Shown here in pieces: positions 10,801 through 17,280 of a DNA stretch of 43,582 bases (within the stretch, counting starts at the first letter, position 1; each line of letters begins with the position of its first letter). A program made the translations under genes and the position numbers. Under the pieces are notes generated by a model that was not told the DNA's origin, searched no databases, and saw only the letters and a list, made by a program, of their open reading frames with translations. Source of the stretch: Sphingomonadales bacterium (lineage in GTDB: Bacteria; Pseudomonadota; Alphaproteobacteria; Sphingomonadales; JAKSBY01); contig JAKSBY010000290.1 in the NCBI GenBank assembly GCA_022360855.1, positions 1 through 43,582 of the forward strand, written 5' to 3'.

Positions 10801-13800
10801 AATCTCGAGGTCTGACAAAGTGGCAAAGGTGCCGTCGAAAAATTGCAGGGTTTCGATGGCGTCGTCCGTATTGACCGTGCCGTCGGCATTGAAAAAGTCG
10901 GTGACGGTGATGGTGCCGCCGTTGTTGTCGACTTCGATCAGAAGGTTGTCGGTGCTGGCTGGCTGCGAGAGCGTCAGATCCGACAGGCCGATGCCGTCGC
11001 CGAAGGAAATCGTGTCGTCGCCGCCGGAGCCGCCAAGGTCGGTGATTGTTGTGCCGATCACTGCCTTGCCACTTATCCCTGCCTTGGAAAAGCCAGGCTC
11101 CAGTACTTCTTCCGGCAGATTGATGCCGTTGAGCGTCATTGCCGTCGTCGTCTGCCAGATATAATTGTCGACCACCGTGGCGCGTGTAAACGTGTCGATG
11201 ATGGTCAGCGTATTGAGAAACTGGCCGGGGATGATGCTCTCACTCTCGAATCGGACATCGAATCGGCTCTGGTCGATGTGGCCGGCGGCGTTGATGACGA
11301 CTACGCTTTCGATGGCCTGGTTCTTGTCGACAATGACGTCGGCGCCGTCGCCGCGGTTGAACACGTAGGTATCGTCGCCGAGAGCGCCGTAAATGGTGTC
11401 GTTCCCGGCGCCGCCTTCGAATTCGTTGTCTCCGAAATTACCGTGCAGTGTATCGGCGTGGGCCGAGCCGATAATGCCCTCGACCTCGATGATTGAATCG
11501 CCCGCCGCATCGCCGCCGGAACCTGCCGTACCGTCCAAATCGACGGTGACGGCCGACATCGAGTCGGCGTAGGAAACCATGTCGAAGCCTGCGCCGCCGA
11601 CGATGATGTCGGCCCCGGCGCCGCCCTCCAGCGTGTCGTTACCGGCTCCGCCCAAAAGAACGTCGGCTCCGGCCCCGCCTTTGAGCGTGTCCTGGCCGGA
11701 ATGGCCGCTCAGGATGTCGTCGCCACCAAGACCATCCAGCGTATCGTCACCGCCGTTGCCGGCGAGCCAATCCTTGCCGGCGCCGCCGTTTACGGTGTCA
11801 TCGCCGTCGGTGCCGGTACCCCAGATATCGATCTGGGTTGCGGCCAGCGTGCCCGTGTTGAAAAAGACGAACTCCTCGATGGGGGCGCCCGAGGTATTGG
11901 CCGTTGGCGAGTTGAACCAATGCTTGAGCGTGATGGTGTCGGTGAGACCGGCGAAGGTGACTCCGTCGGCGCCCGACGGCGCGATGCCGAGGACGAGATC
12001 GTCGCCCTGGCGCTCCATATGGATATCGTTGATGTCGATACCGATGCCGAACTCGATCGTATCGTTGCCCGAATCCGCCGTATAGTTGTTGGGGTCTGCC
12101 GGGTTGTGCCGGTAAAGCATGCCGTTGGAGCGGTCGTAGCGCATGCGGCCGAGCCACATGGTGCCGTCGTAGACCACTTCGCCCGACGTCGTCTTGACCT
12201 GGACGCCGTCCAGCATATAGCCGGTCTGGAAGCCCTGGCCCGAGATCCAGACGACATCCCACTCGTTGGTGAGCGCGTCGATGACCGTATCGGCCCCGTC
12301 GCCGCGCTCGAAACGGATCACGTCGTCGCCGGCGCCGGTGGTGATCATGTCGTTGCCGAGCCCGCCGGCCAACAGGTCGTTGCCCGTCTCGCCGGTAAGC
12401 TCGTCGTCGCCGCGGCCGCCGGTGACGGTGTCGTTGCCGGAGCCGCCGGAAACCACGTCCTCGCCATCGGCGCCCAGGACGATGTCATGGCCAAGCCCGC
12501 CCGAGACCAGGTCGTCGCCGGCACTGCCCGATCCGAAATCGTTACCGAGCAGCAGGCTGATTTCGTCGTCGCCGTCGCCGCCGACGATGAAGTCGTTGCC
12601 GACGGTGCCGATCAGGACGTCGTTGCCCGGCGTGCCGACGGTAAAGGAATCGAAATGGCCGATCTGGATTTCCTGCCCGTCGGCGAAGCGCAGTCTCTCG
12701 ATCCGGTTGAAGGGGTCGAACCAGTTGGTGAGCGTTATTTCATCGCCGGTTGTCGCGCCCGTGGAATCGATGATCTGCAAGACAAGGTCGGGCGAGCTCG
12801 CCGCAGGGCGCACAAACTGTATATTCTCCAGACCGATGCCCGGGCCCAGCACCAGCACGTCCTGGCCGCCGGCCGCGTGGCCGTTCTCCACCAAAAGACC
12901 GCCGCCGCGCCAGTTGCGCTCGATAATGCCGCCGTCGACGGCGGTCAGATAGGTGTCGATATCGACCGTCGGGATTTCCGCTTCGGGCGCCGGGCCTTCC
13001 TCGGTGGCCGTGTCCTTGCCGTCGCCTGTGCGCAGGATGTACTGGTCGTCGCCGGCGCCGCCATAGAGCGTGTCGCCGACCGGGTTGCCTTGCGCGTCGA
13101 CGCCGTCCGTGCCGCCGGCGAGTATGTCGCCGCCACCGCCGCCATGGAGCGTGTCGTCGCCGGCGCCGCCTTCCAGCCAGTCGGAGCCGCCGCGGCCCCA
13201 GAGCGTGTCGTCGCCGGCGCCGCCATCGAGATAGTTGCCGTCCGAGGTGCCGTGCAGCTTGTCGGCATGGAGCGTGTCGTCGCCGTCGCCGCCGAAGATC
13301 CAGTCGGCCTTGGCGCCGCCGGTGATGGTGTCGTCGCCGGCATCGCCGTAAAGGTCGTTGCCGAGATCGCCGCCGGTGATCACGTCGTCGCCATCGCCGC
13401 CATGCACCTCGGCCGCCACCTCGACATCGAACGGCAGGGCCGCCACGGTACCCCATCCATAGGTGCCGGTCGTGGGCGGGAAGGAATCGGTGATCGCCAA
13501 ATGCTGACCGGAGACGGATTCGTAAGTGGTGCTGCCGGTACCCTCGTCAAAGGCGAAATCAACCACGAGCGCCGAGGCGAATGCGCCGGACGCGACCTGG
13601 TCGGGCGTCAGGGCCTGATTGTACCACTGGGCCGAGAAGTATTTGCCGGCAAACGACTGGTTGGGATCGAAGGCGCCGCCCTCGACGTCCTGCTCCTGGC
13701 CGATATTGATCGTGCCATTGTTTTGGATCGCGGCTCCCGGGCGATAGACGCCGTCATAGACCAGGACGCCGAAGTCCCAGATCTTCAGATCGCCGGTGGC

Positions 13801-16800
13801 CGAGTCCCACGACGCGACGATCTGGTGGCGCTCGCCGTCGAGAAGATTGTAGGGCACGTTGATGTAGTGCTGGCTGGCATCCGGGCCGATGGCGATGCGG
13901 ATGTGATCGTCCTGCGGGTTGAAATAGGCCTCGTTGCTGGTGTGGCCGTCCAGGGCGTAGCTGAACAGCGAATGCTCGCCGACCAAGCCGTCGTTAAACT
14001 CGAAGTCGAGCGCGAAAGTATACTGTGTCGTCGGCGCGTTGGTGATGTTGTCGAGCTGCACATGCACCTGGCCGTCCATCCGGAGGTAAGTCTCGGTGAG
14101 CGTTGTGCTGAGCGCTTCGCCGTTGATGGTCAGCCCGGTGGCGTCGACGATACGGTCCACGCCGCCCACGACGGACGGGTCGGCCGCGTAAGCCAGCGAG
14201 ATCTCGTCATTGCCGGCGGTCCCCTCGATCAGGTCCTTGGCCGTGGAATCGATGGTATCGCGGACGACCTGGGTCAGCCCGTTCTTGTCGGTAAGGATTA
14301 CCGCCCGCTCGTTGCCGACCCGGGTGAAGGTGGCGGTGGACGCGGCGGCCGCGTCGTTGTCGCCCAGCCAATGTTCGAAGCCGCCATACCAGTCCCCCTC
14401 GTGGCGCTTCAATAGGCCGAGTTCCACGGCGCGCTGCAACGTAATCACCCAGCCGGCGGTAAACGCCGAATCCGGCTCGGCCGCGATCAGTGCGTTGATC
14501 GAGGCGGAATTCTGCAGATAGAGGGCGTAGTCGCTTGCCGTCGTCATGTTGCCGAGCAGCGTCTCCATCTCGAAGCCGCCCGGCCCGCCGGCCATCTCGA
14601 GCGTGTTGTAGAAGGCGCGCTTGGCATAAACGTCGCCGCCGGCGATCTTCATGCTGTCCAGGCCCAAAAAGGCGCCGTAGTTGATCAGGTCGCCTGCCGC
14701 GCCCTCCTGGTCGCCGTCGAAAAGCTTGTCCAGGTCCGATTTGCCGAAGTCTGACGTCACCTCGTCACGATAGGTGAAGTCGGATTTGCGCATGCCAAAG
14801 GCGCCGCCCTGCACGTCAAAACCGTTGAGAAGATCGCCGCCGACGGCCGCCAGAACGCCGTTATAGGCATCCGCCGCCGACTGCGCGAGGCCACGCGCCG
14901 CATCTTCGCTGCCCCCCTTGCGCGCGAACACATTGCCGACGGCAAACTCGCCGGTCACCGGATTCCACATCACCTCCGCCGACGACCGCGGTGTTCCGCC
15001 GAAAGCGGAGCCGATCAGCCCGCCGAGGATCTGGCCGAGGAAAGCGCCAACGAGAATTCCAACCGGGCCGCCAAAGGCGGAAAGCGCAAATGACTGAAAG
15101 AGGGTGGCTGAGCCACCAGCGGCGATTGCGGCTGTGCCTGCCGTGGCGGCGCTGGATATTATGCCCGCGGCAGCGATACTTCCGAGGCTGGATCCGATCG
15201 CGCTGCCGACCTGCCCACCGATCGTGTCGAACGAAATGACCTCCGAGGCCAGCCTGGAGCCAACATAGGACGCGACGATGTTCCCAAATTGGAGATCTCC
15301 AATGTCGGCAAAGATATCAGTGCCGGGTGTGGTTATGTTCGCCAAGATCTGGTCGATGACCGCGCCACCGGTCGAGTTTAGAACCTCCCCGACGACGCCG
15401 TTGATTCCCAACGCGTCGAGAAGCTCGGCGGTCAAGAACGCGGACACCGCGCCGGTGCCCGCCGATTTGAGGTTGTTTAGAAGCTCGACATCAATGTCGC
15501 TAAGCGCCAGTTGAGTGTGCGTTTGGGTGCCGCGGCCTGAGCCAAAGATCTGAATATCGAGCAATTCGCCAAGGTTGTGGGCCAGTGTTGACAAACCGGC
15601 GGTCGCACCGATTTGCGCAAATAGATTGTCTCCGGCCAGCCTTCGGCCGACTGTCGAGCCAATGGCAGAACCGGCCTGATTGAATGTGATTGGTGTGCCT
15701 GAGACGCTGATAGAGGTCTCGTCCGGGCCGCCGGTAGTGGACTTGATTGTTACGGCCAAATCACCGTCATGATGTGTCTCGAAAAAGGTATCGACCGGCC
15801 CTCCCTCAGTCGAAGCTTCCCAGGTTGCCGTCCGCACGACTTCGGCGTCCTCGCCTTCGCCGACGATCGCCTGGAATCCAATCAGATTGCCGTTCGCATC
15901 ATTGATGGAGACGATGCGGCCTTCTTGAGCAGCGAAGGCGCGGAATTTGTCGGATCGCCAAGTGGTTGGTATAAGAGACTGCTCTGCTTCTGGAACCGTC
16001 GCTAGTATGTGGTCCCGCGGTGCGACGCTTGGATACCAACCGGAAAGGTTAGCTTTTGTAAGGTCCGGTAGGCTCTCCGGTATTCCATCTACAGTCTCTC
16101 TGTTGAAAAGAGTGATGGCATCACGTAGGTCTTCCGGCGGCGTTGTCAGATCGACATCGAATTCGATCACAGAACCACCATCCCACATGGCGACGCCGTT
16201 GATATGTGGCACACCGTTTTCGTCGCGGAAGAAGCTGGATGAACGAAGAGCGCCAATCGGCTCCTCATTTTCGCTGAAACCAGGTGTTTCCAGTACAGTT
16301 CTTGCGATCAATGCGCCTGACTGATCGATAGCACTTTCGACAACTTGACTTCCGCCCTGCAGAGAGCTCGATTTTTCTCGTGTAAACGTAGTAGAATCGT
16401 CGAAAATCCAAGAATAAGGGGATACTGGCGTTTGTCCGGTATTGTTCTCAGTTCGATTGAGCGCATCACCAATATTCTTGATCGCGTGTTCGTCTGTGTT
16501 GATGCCCGGAATTAGCAGGCTTGGATTCTCTAGTTCAACTATGCTGGAAAAGCGTGTTATCTCCCCTGGAAGAGACTGAACGCGCGGAACCGGGTCGTTC
16601 GCTCCAACAATCACCGAATGTATCGGAGGCAGCGACCCGCCAACCACATAGTCCTCGATTAAGGCTACGCGAGCGTCAAGTGGCTCAAGCGGATCGCCTA
16701 CCGGATCGAAATTAAACCCAAATGAATTGACTCCTTCAACTCCGGAAACAAGAGCGTTGACATTACGTTCAGGATCAATGGCGAAGTGCGCCAACAAGAA

Positions 16801-17280
16801 CGTACTAAGGTGAAAGCCCCCAGAATGGCCAACGAGTTGTACGGCGGTGAATTCGTTTTGGGTGCCCTGAAGCTGCTGGCTGTCGACCAGATGCTCCGCG
16901 AACGCGACAAAATCATCCGCTTGAAACTTATTGTACCCAAATACATTGGTCGCTATCTGAAACTGGCCTAACTCGTAAAACCCCGTTACGCCAGCCGACG
17001 CCAAGATCATTTGGCCGGTTTGGGTGTCTCTCAAGTAAACACCTTGGTAGCCAGAGTCGGGAACGGCGTTGCCGAAGAACTCCGTGGCTCCCATAACTAC
17101 TTCATAGCGGTCAACAAAAGCGGCTGCTTCGATTTCTGTGAAGCCCGTGTTCGGTAGACTGGTAAGAGCATCGATCTTTTCTGTACGTGTCATGCCACTC
17201 GTCAAATTTGCGTAAGCGGCATTGGAAAGCTCGACGCGACCTATATATGAGGTGCCCAAATCATGAGGCTGTGACATCAC
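1840..17280 (-). CDS. Giant T1SS-secreted RTX protein (5146 aa): lipase-like N-terminus, glycine-zipper region, RTX repeat blocks, 2 pentraxin domains, cadherin/Ig-like repeats, FrpC SPM-like module, C-terminal secretion signal
   Basis: Single open frame with dozens of GGxGxDxLx nonapeptides, no Sec signal peptide, a C-terminal FIQAMAAF-type T1SS signal and adjacent hlyB/hlyD/hlyC. Start is GTG 17280 or ATG 17277, overlapping the upstream stop (GTGATG), with GGAG just upstream. Confidence 0.93.
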   Translation of the reverse strand: MMSQPHDLGTSYIGRVELSNAAYANLTSGMTRTEKIDALTSLPNTGFTEIEAAAFVDRYEVVMGATEFFGNAVPDSGYQGVYLRDTQTGQMILASAGVTGFYELGQFQIATNVFGYNKFQADDFVAFAEHLVDSQQLQGTQNEFTAVQLVGHSGGFHLSTFLLAHFAIDPERNVNALVSGVEGVNSFGFNFDPVGDPLEPLDARVALIEDYVVGGSLPPIHSVIVGANDPVPRVQSLPGEITRFSSIVELENPSLLIPGINTDEHAIKNIGDALNRTENNTGQTPVSPYSWIFDDSTTFTREKSSSLQGGSQVVESAIDQSGALIARTVLETPGFSENEEPIGALRSSSFFRDENGVPHINGVAMWDGGSVIEFDVDLTTPPEDLRDAITLFNRETVDGIPESLPDLTKANLSGWYPSVAPRDHILATVPEAEQSLIPTTWRSDKFRAFAAQEGRIVSINDANGNLIGFQAIVGEGEDAEVVRTATWEASTEGGPVDTFFETHHDGDLAVTIKSTTGGPDETSISVSGTPITFNQAGSAIGSTVGRRLAGDNLFAQIGATAGLSTLAHNLGELLDIQIFGSGRGTQTHTQLALSDIDVELLNNLKSAGTGAVSAFLTAELLDALGINGVVGEVLNSTGGAVIDQILANITTPGTDIFADIGDLQFGNIVASYVGSRLASEVISFDTIGGQVGSAIGSSLGSIAAAGIISSAATAGTAAIAAGGSATLFQSFALSAFGGPVGILVGAFLGQILGGLIGSAFGGTPRSSAEVMWNPVTGEFAVGNVFARKGGSEDAARGLAQSAADAYNGVLAAVGGDLLNGFDVQGGAFGMRKSDFTYRDEVTSDFGKSDLDKLFDGDQEGAAGDLINYGAFLGLDSMKIAGGDVYAKRAFYNTLEMAGGPGGFEMETLLGNMTTASDYALYLQNSASINALIAAEPDSAFTAGWVITLQRAVELGLLKRHEGDWYGGFEHWLGDNDAAAASTATFTRVGNERAVILTDKNGLTQVVRDTIDSTAKDLIEGTAGNDEISLAYAADPSVVGGVDRIVDATGLTINGEALSTTLTETYLRMDGQVHVQLDNITNAPTTQYTFALDFEFNDGLVGEHSLFSYALDGHTSNEAYFNPQDDHIRIAIGPDASQHYINVPYNLLDGERHQIVASWDSATGDLKIWDFGVLVYDGVYRPGAAIQNNGTINIGQEQDVEGGAFDPNQSFAGKYFSAQWYNQALTPDQVASGAFASALVVDFAFDEGTGSTTYESVSGQHLAITDSFPPTTGTYGWGTVAALPFDVEVAAEVHGGDGDDVITGGDLGNDLYGDAGDDTITGGAKADWIFGGDGDDTLHADKLHGTSDGNYLDGGAGDDTLWGRGGSDWLEGGAGDDTLHGGGGGDILAGGTDGVDAQGNPVGDTLYGGAGDDQYILRTGDGKDTATEEGPAPEAEIPTVDIDTYLTAVDGGIIERNWRGGGLLVENGHAAGGQDVLVLGPGIGLENIQFVRPAASSPDLVLQIIDSTGATTGDEITLTNWFDPFNRIERLRFADGQEIQIGHFDSFTVGTPGNDVLIGTVGNDFIVGGDGDDEISLLLGNDFGSGSAGDDLVSGGLGHDIVLGADGEDVVSGGSGNDTVTGGRGDDELTGETGNDLLAGGLGNDMITTGAGDDVIRFERGDGADTVIDALTNEWDVVWISGQGFQTGYMLDGVQVKTTSGEVVYDGTMWLGRMRYDRSNGMLYRHNPADPNNYTADSGNDTIEFGIGIDINDIHMERQGDDLVLGIAPSGADGVTFAGLTDTITLKHWFNSPTANTSGAPIEEFVFFNTGTLAATQIDIWGTGTDGDDTVNGGAGKDWLAGNGGDDTLDGLGGDDILSGHSGQDTLKGGAGADVLLGGAGNDTLEGGAGADIIVGGAGFDMVSYADSMSAVTVDLDGTAGSGGDAAGDSIIEVEGIIGSAHADTLHGNFGDNEFEGGAGNDTIYGALGDDTYVFNRGDGADVIVDKNQAIESVVVINAAGHIDQSRFDVRFESESIIPGQFLNTLTIIDTFTRATVVDNYIWQTTTAMTLNGINLPEEVLEPGFSKAGISGKAVIGTTITDLGGSGGDDTISFGDGIGLSDLTLSQPASTDNLLIEVDNNGGTITVTDFFNADGTVNTDDAIETLQFFDGTFATLSDLEISGAGTANDDFLVGGAAADTLNGGDGDDTLSGLAGDDTLDGGDGDDKLSGGAGADTLTGGTGIDTAIYNGSDSGITVNLSSAGAQAGGDAAGDVLSGIENVTGSDSADTITGDSNDNVLKGNKGDDALTGSFGDDVLIGDAGTDTLLGGEGDDNISGGEGGTSANVEVLEGGAGNDVLDGGAGDDKLVGGIGSDQLIGGAGDDLLIAEYEETSTLAFGMAMDGTSNLSGLKTLTLPASPSAAFTVEMEIVPASMSGDRAILSLASPSNPDEILISQPDNLNVTIGGTQISTGVSLTAGELHRLTVSWDNTAGDLKIYDNGQLVYETTGFRTGYSLSGSTILVLGQDQDSYGGGYDPAESFSGEYYRAKIWDRTLTAAEVSGDANPAEGRVVDFDLVQTLGPGVFFTLDSTGNAFGSPLPTTGWVTDDTHMASLLSNRDPDVLVGGAGDDQLIGGAAGDILDGGPGDDTIDGGKGDDTYLFTSTSGNDTLTNDGGLDDIVFDNSVAFEDLTFSRVGQDLKIDVAGGGASVTVSGWFDEADNRVRRVITPTHSLSRFDIDVAFGILPVVSAVQPTQAEVDAAIAASWQVNELYEDRVILVGTPGDDQLSAAGLTGGHRIFGFGGNDTLTGGDGADELIGGDGTDTLIGGGGDDRFDLEETSSANDSIDGGTGSDTVDASNSAVAWTIDLTAGTAMGRGTDTLTSVENVVGSDQNDTITGNTGDNLLEGRGGNDTIDGGDGSDTAVYNGLFAGYAISIDEVTGLFTVADTDLTDGDDGEDTLDNIEFLQFADQTRDPLSSVTNEPPVVAQTIANQAATEDSLFSFQVPAATFSDPENDPLSYSATFASGAPIPVNFWLQFNTATQTFSGTPLNDDVGTVDLKVFASDGKSSATTTFSINVANTNDTPESLAFSGAVDENSAAGTVVGTATASDPDIGDSLTFSLQSDPSGFFQIDPNSGQVTVKAGASLNHEIADSHSVIIRVTDVAGAWVEQNYAITVNDINEAPSAITTSDTLIIGEHLASGGTVATFQVTDEDDITSAYGQHVWSVSGDNRFEVSAGVLKLKAGSSLDYEAGDTSIALTVTATDNNGTGFVFNQPITVTINDEIDVLNGGSGNDTLTGAQGVDHIFGNDGNDILSGLAGADLLEGGFGNDDLSGGDGADTLRGGAGDDTLNGNADNDVLEGGAGVDLLYGGGGDDNLQGGDGADTLMGQGQNDTLAGGAGDDILIGGAGADSLDGGTGLDTADYSASASAVTVDLAANTATGGDAQGDTFANIEKVIGTSGADSLTGGTIAETLDGGGGADTLTGGAGGDTLIGGAGNDTIYGGDGQDTLYGGDGDDTLHGEGDSDMIYGEAGNDHLFGGASPDTLMGGDGDDTLEAGTAGDHLYGEAGNDFMVGGAGADTYHAGLNTGQDVINDYDTTGSADQVAYGDNISYLNIWFERGNYDPVTKTFTRDDATGTELRASVLNTTSSVIILNMFDVAGNMQQHYSVELFIAGSMQSKTDVNIPALLSIMQGYGDMPTGVSEIPASIRTEVETAWDINDPPSIVLTTPGINPLDVRVAEDGSLELLFDVTDTGQIKTPDASLTVRAETSGTLFPSVINGEFVDDNTRRITLAPLAQISGSETFNVIVDDGGLETTLTLTVTVDAVADAPNLAVNDAAGNQGTAIALSITSSLADTDGSESLEIDIAGVPTGATLNKGVDQGGGLWRLSPADLTGLTITPVADNTGTDFDLTVTARATEASGGAPATSVETLNVSVNAPPSVDSFSGSVSEAAANGTYVGTVAASDPDFDETNLVDTSAWQYSTGTPTLPGWGPNNTNEIRWANVIGPDGTTITALETGQDGGTAQSGGGFWRTSDITIDPTKAYRYTIYFRKHDLNKHYLYFGPAQYQGAGANAYVENLSTGADTTNPYFITWSDDVQRNLLQNDRWYQVVGYVLPQGSTTGYDVSAQFGGVFDTVTGQKIANVVNYRWDSSLPDNVIAPRFFNYYDETEAGFTTYWAPPTVEEATLTYTLVDDAGGRFRIDAATGIVSVNDAAAINFEAATSHQIQVRVTDNGGFTSTQTYTVTVTDANEAPVLNTAISHALGAINEDNTSNGGTTIAAMLTNGAIDDPDYDDGGTEPEAIAVVAVDTANGSWEYRIGGGAWTAVGTVSSTSALLLGPNDSLRFKPNANWNGTVANGVTFKAWDQTSGAAGTRVDASSGGGGSAFSTATDTASVQVNAVNDAPVLSAGNVAQIPDINEDETGNGGVVVSTLLGSSSVSDVDGTPQKAIAVIGADNTNGHWEYNAGSGWVDFGGVSSSSARLLDSNDKVRFIPAANYSGTNSGITFRAWDQSVGSAGGTYNITATGGTSAFSTATAVRGITVNQVNDAPVLSATLYNFGGPTGIPDSVGVGHDVGSISATDVDTGTLGTKRYYFWNGSTISGTSSDGRFKINATTGLIEVNGALDFGSTAGGFYNYEVVVRDNFNGASHLSGYLQDTADVKIKIEEVNTAPVILGFKDQSNGTITSVTMDENPQFGAFVARVDGEDPDTGPNGDLTYSILSGNDGNAFSINSSTGEITINTGLDYETQTSYTLTVQATDGGNPSLSSTPHTLDINVVDVPEFEFLLDMDNLPNTGTIIGNGSNGLPVGYRYVGEIVPNGLGGTTTWTRRITNVAGDVEYLRMTKFSSFPWSFSVHESFYFDEATNELFVLTGFVPPLIIDLDGDGVELTPLATSTVAFDMDGDGDLDFTGWAGADDGFLALDRNGDGVINDASEISFVGDLPGARTDLEGIAAFDTNHDGVFDVGDERFGEFQVWQDANQDGVSQADELTSLADRGIASIDLTPVPTGETVTGSIDNVVVNTSHFTREDGTTGEVGDVALRFLRNELGADAGSPSSAEPATAIADETQSLDSFGFDTPLLVDDLLHGWRSPGLAAVGALSEIDIREARSAHVQEAMQSSELARFIQAMAAFEPQSASNLDQSQSQDVGENTFRFAAVNPLVERSI
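2200..2715 (-). other. FrpC-type self-processing-module (SPM)-like Ca2+-binding domain
   Basis: PLIIDLDGDGVE...FDMDGDG...TGWAGADDGFLALDRNGDGVIND..E...FDTNHDG...FQVWQDANQDGVSQADELTSLADRGIASIDL aligns by eye with the Neisseria FrpC SPM as recalled (DPLALDLDGDGIE...GWVSADDGLLVRDLNGNG...LRVWQDLNQDGISQANEL). Confidence 0.8.
3000..6190 (-). other. C-proximal stalk of cadherin and cadherin-like/Ig-like repeats, including two tandem ~150-aa paralogous repeats at about 3700-4590
   Basis: Repeated NDAP/NEAP linkers and LDYE/INFE and DxDxG motifs. Two copies of INED...AIAV...D..NG.WEY...W...G.VSS.SA.LL..ND..RF.P.AN..G....TF.AWDQ. Confidence 0.75.
7500..8405 (-). other. Dystroglycan-type cadherin-like (He_PIG/CADG) domain followed by two cadherin domains
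   Basis: NEPPVV...ATEDSLFSFQVPAATFSDPENDPLSYSA...WLQFNTATQTFSGTP, then VDENSAAGTVVG...DPD...LNHE and LDYE motifs. Confidence 0.8.
9530..10155 (-). other. Pentraxin/LamG-like domain 2 in the RTX protein
   Basis: HRLTVSWDNTAGDLKIYDNG...LVLGQDQDSYGGGYDPAESFSGEYYRAKIWDRTLT (GQDQD at 9774-9760). Boundaries are approximate. Confidence 0.8.
13490..14090 (-). other. Pentraxin/LamG-like domain 1 in the RTX protein
   Basis: LFSYA...HQIVASWDSATG.LKIW..G...INIGQEQDVEGGAFDPNQSFAG....QWYNQAL matches the pentraxin consensus (GQEQD at 13701-13687). Boundaries are approximate. Confidence 0.8.
14990..15690 (-). other. Hydrophobic Gly/Ala/Ser-rich (glycine-zipper) region resembling the membrane-inserting region of RTX toxins
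   Basis: GSAIGSTVG, GGQVGSAIGSSLGSIAAAG and GGPVGILVGAFLGQILGGLIGSAFGG are repeated GxxxG helices, N-terminal to the RTX repeats as in HlyA/CyaA-type proteins. Confidence 0.7.
16440..17277 (-). other. Alpha/beta-hydrolase (lipase/phospholipase-like) domain at the RTX N-terminus
   Basis: VQLVGHSGG nucleophile elbow (GHSGG at 16830-16816), preceded by GYQGVYLRDTQTGQMILASAG. Candidate acid GANDPVP (16594-16596) and base DEHAI (16486-16488) give a putative triad S153/D229/H265 in ORF-track numbering. Confidence 0.7.

Noticed and set aside
6560-13400. Repeated GTCGTCGCCGGCGCCGCC-like DNA units as a CRISPR array or tandem repeat
   Set aside because: They are in-frame codons of RTX nonapeptides, with no repeat-spacer structure and no cas genes.
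6574-14415. Long plus-strand ORFs 6574..8295 and 11701..14415
   Set aside because: Antisense to the repetitive high-GC RTX gene; their V/A-rich repeats just mirror the GGxGxD codons.
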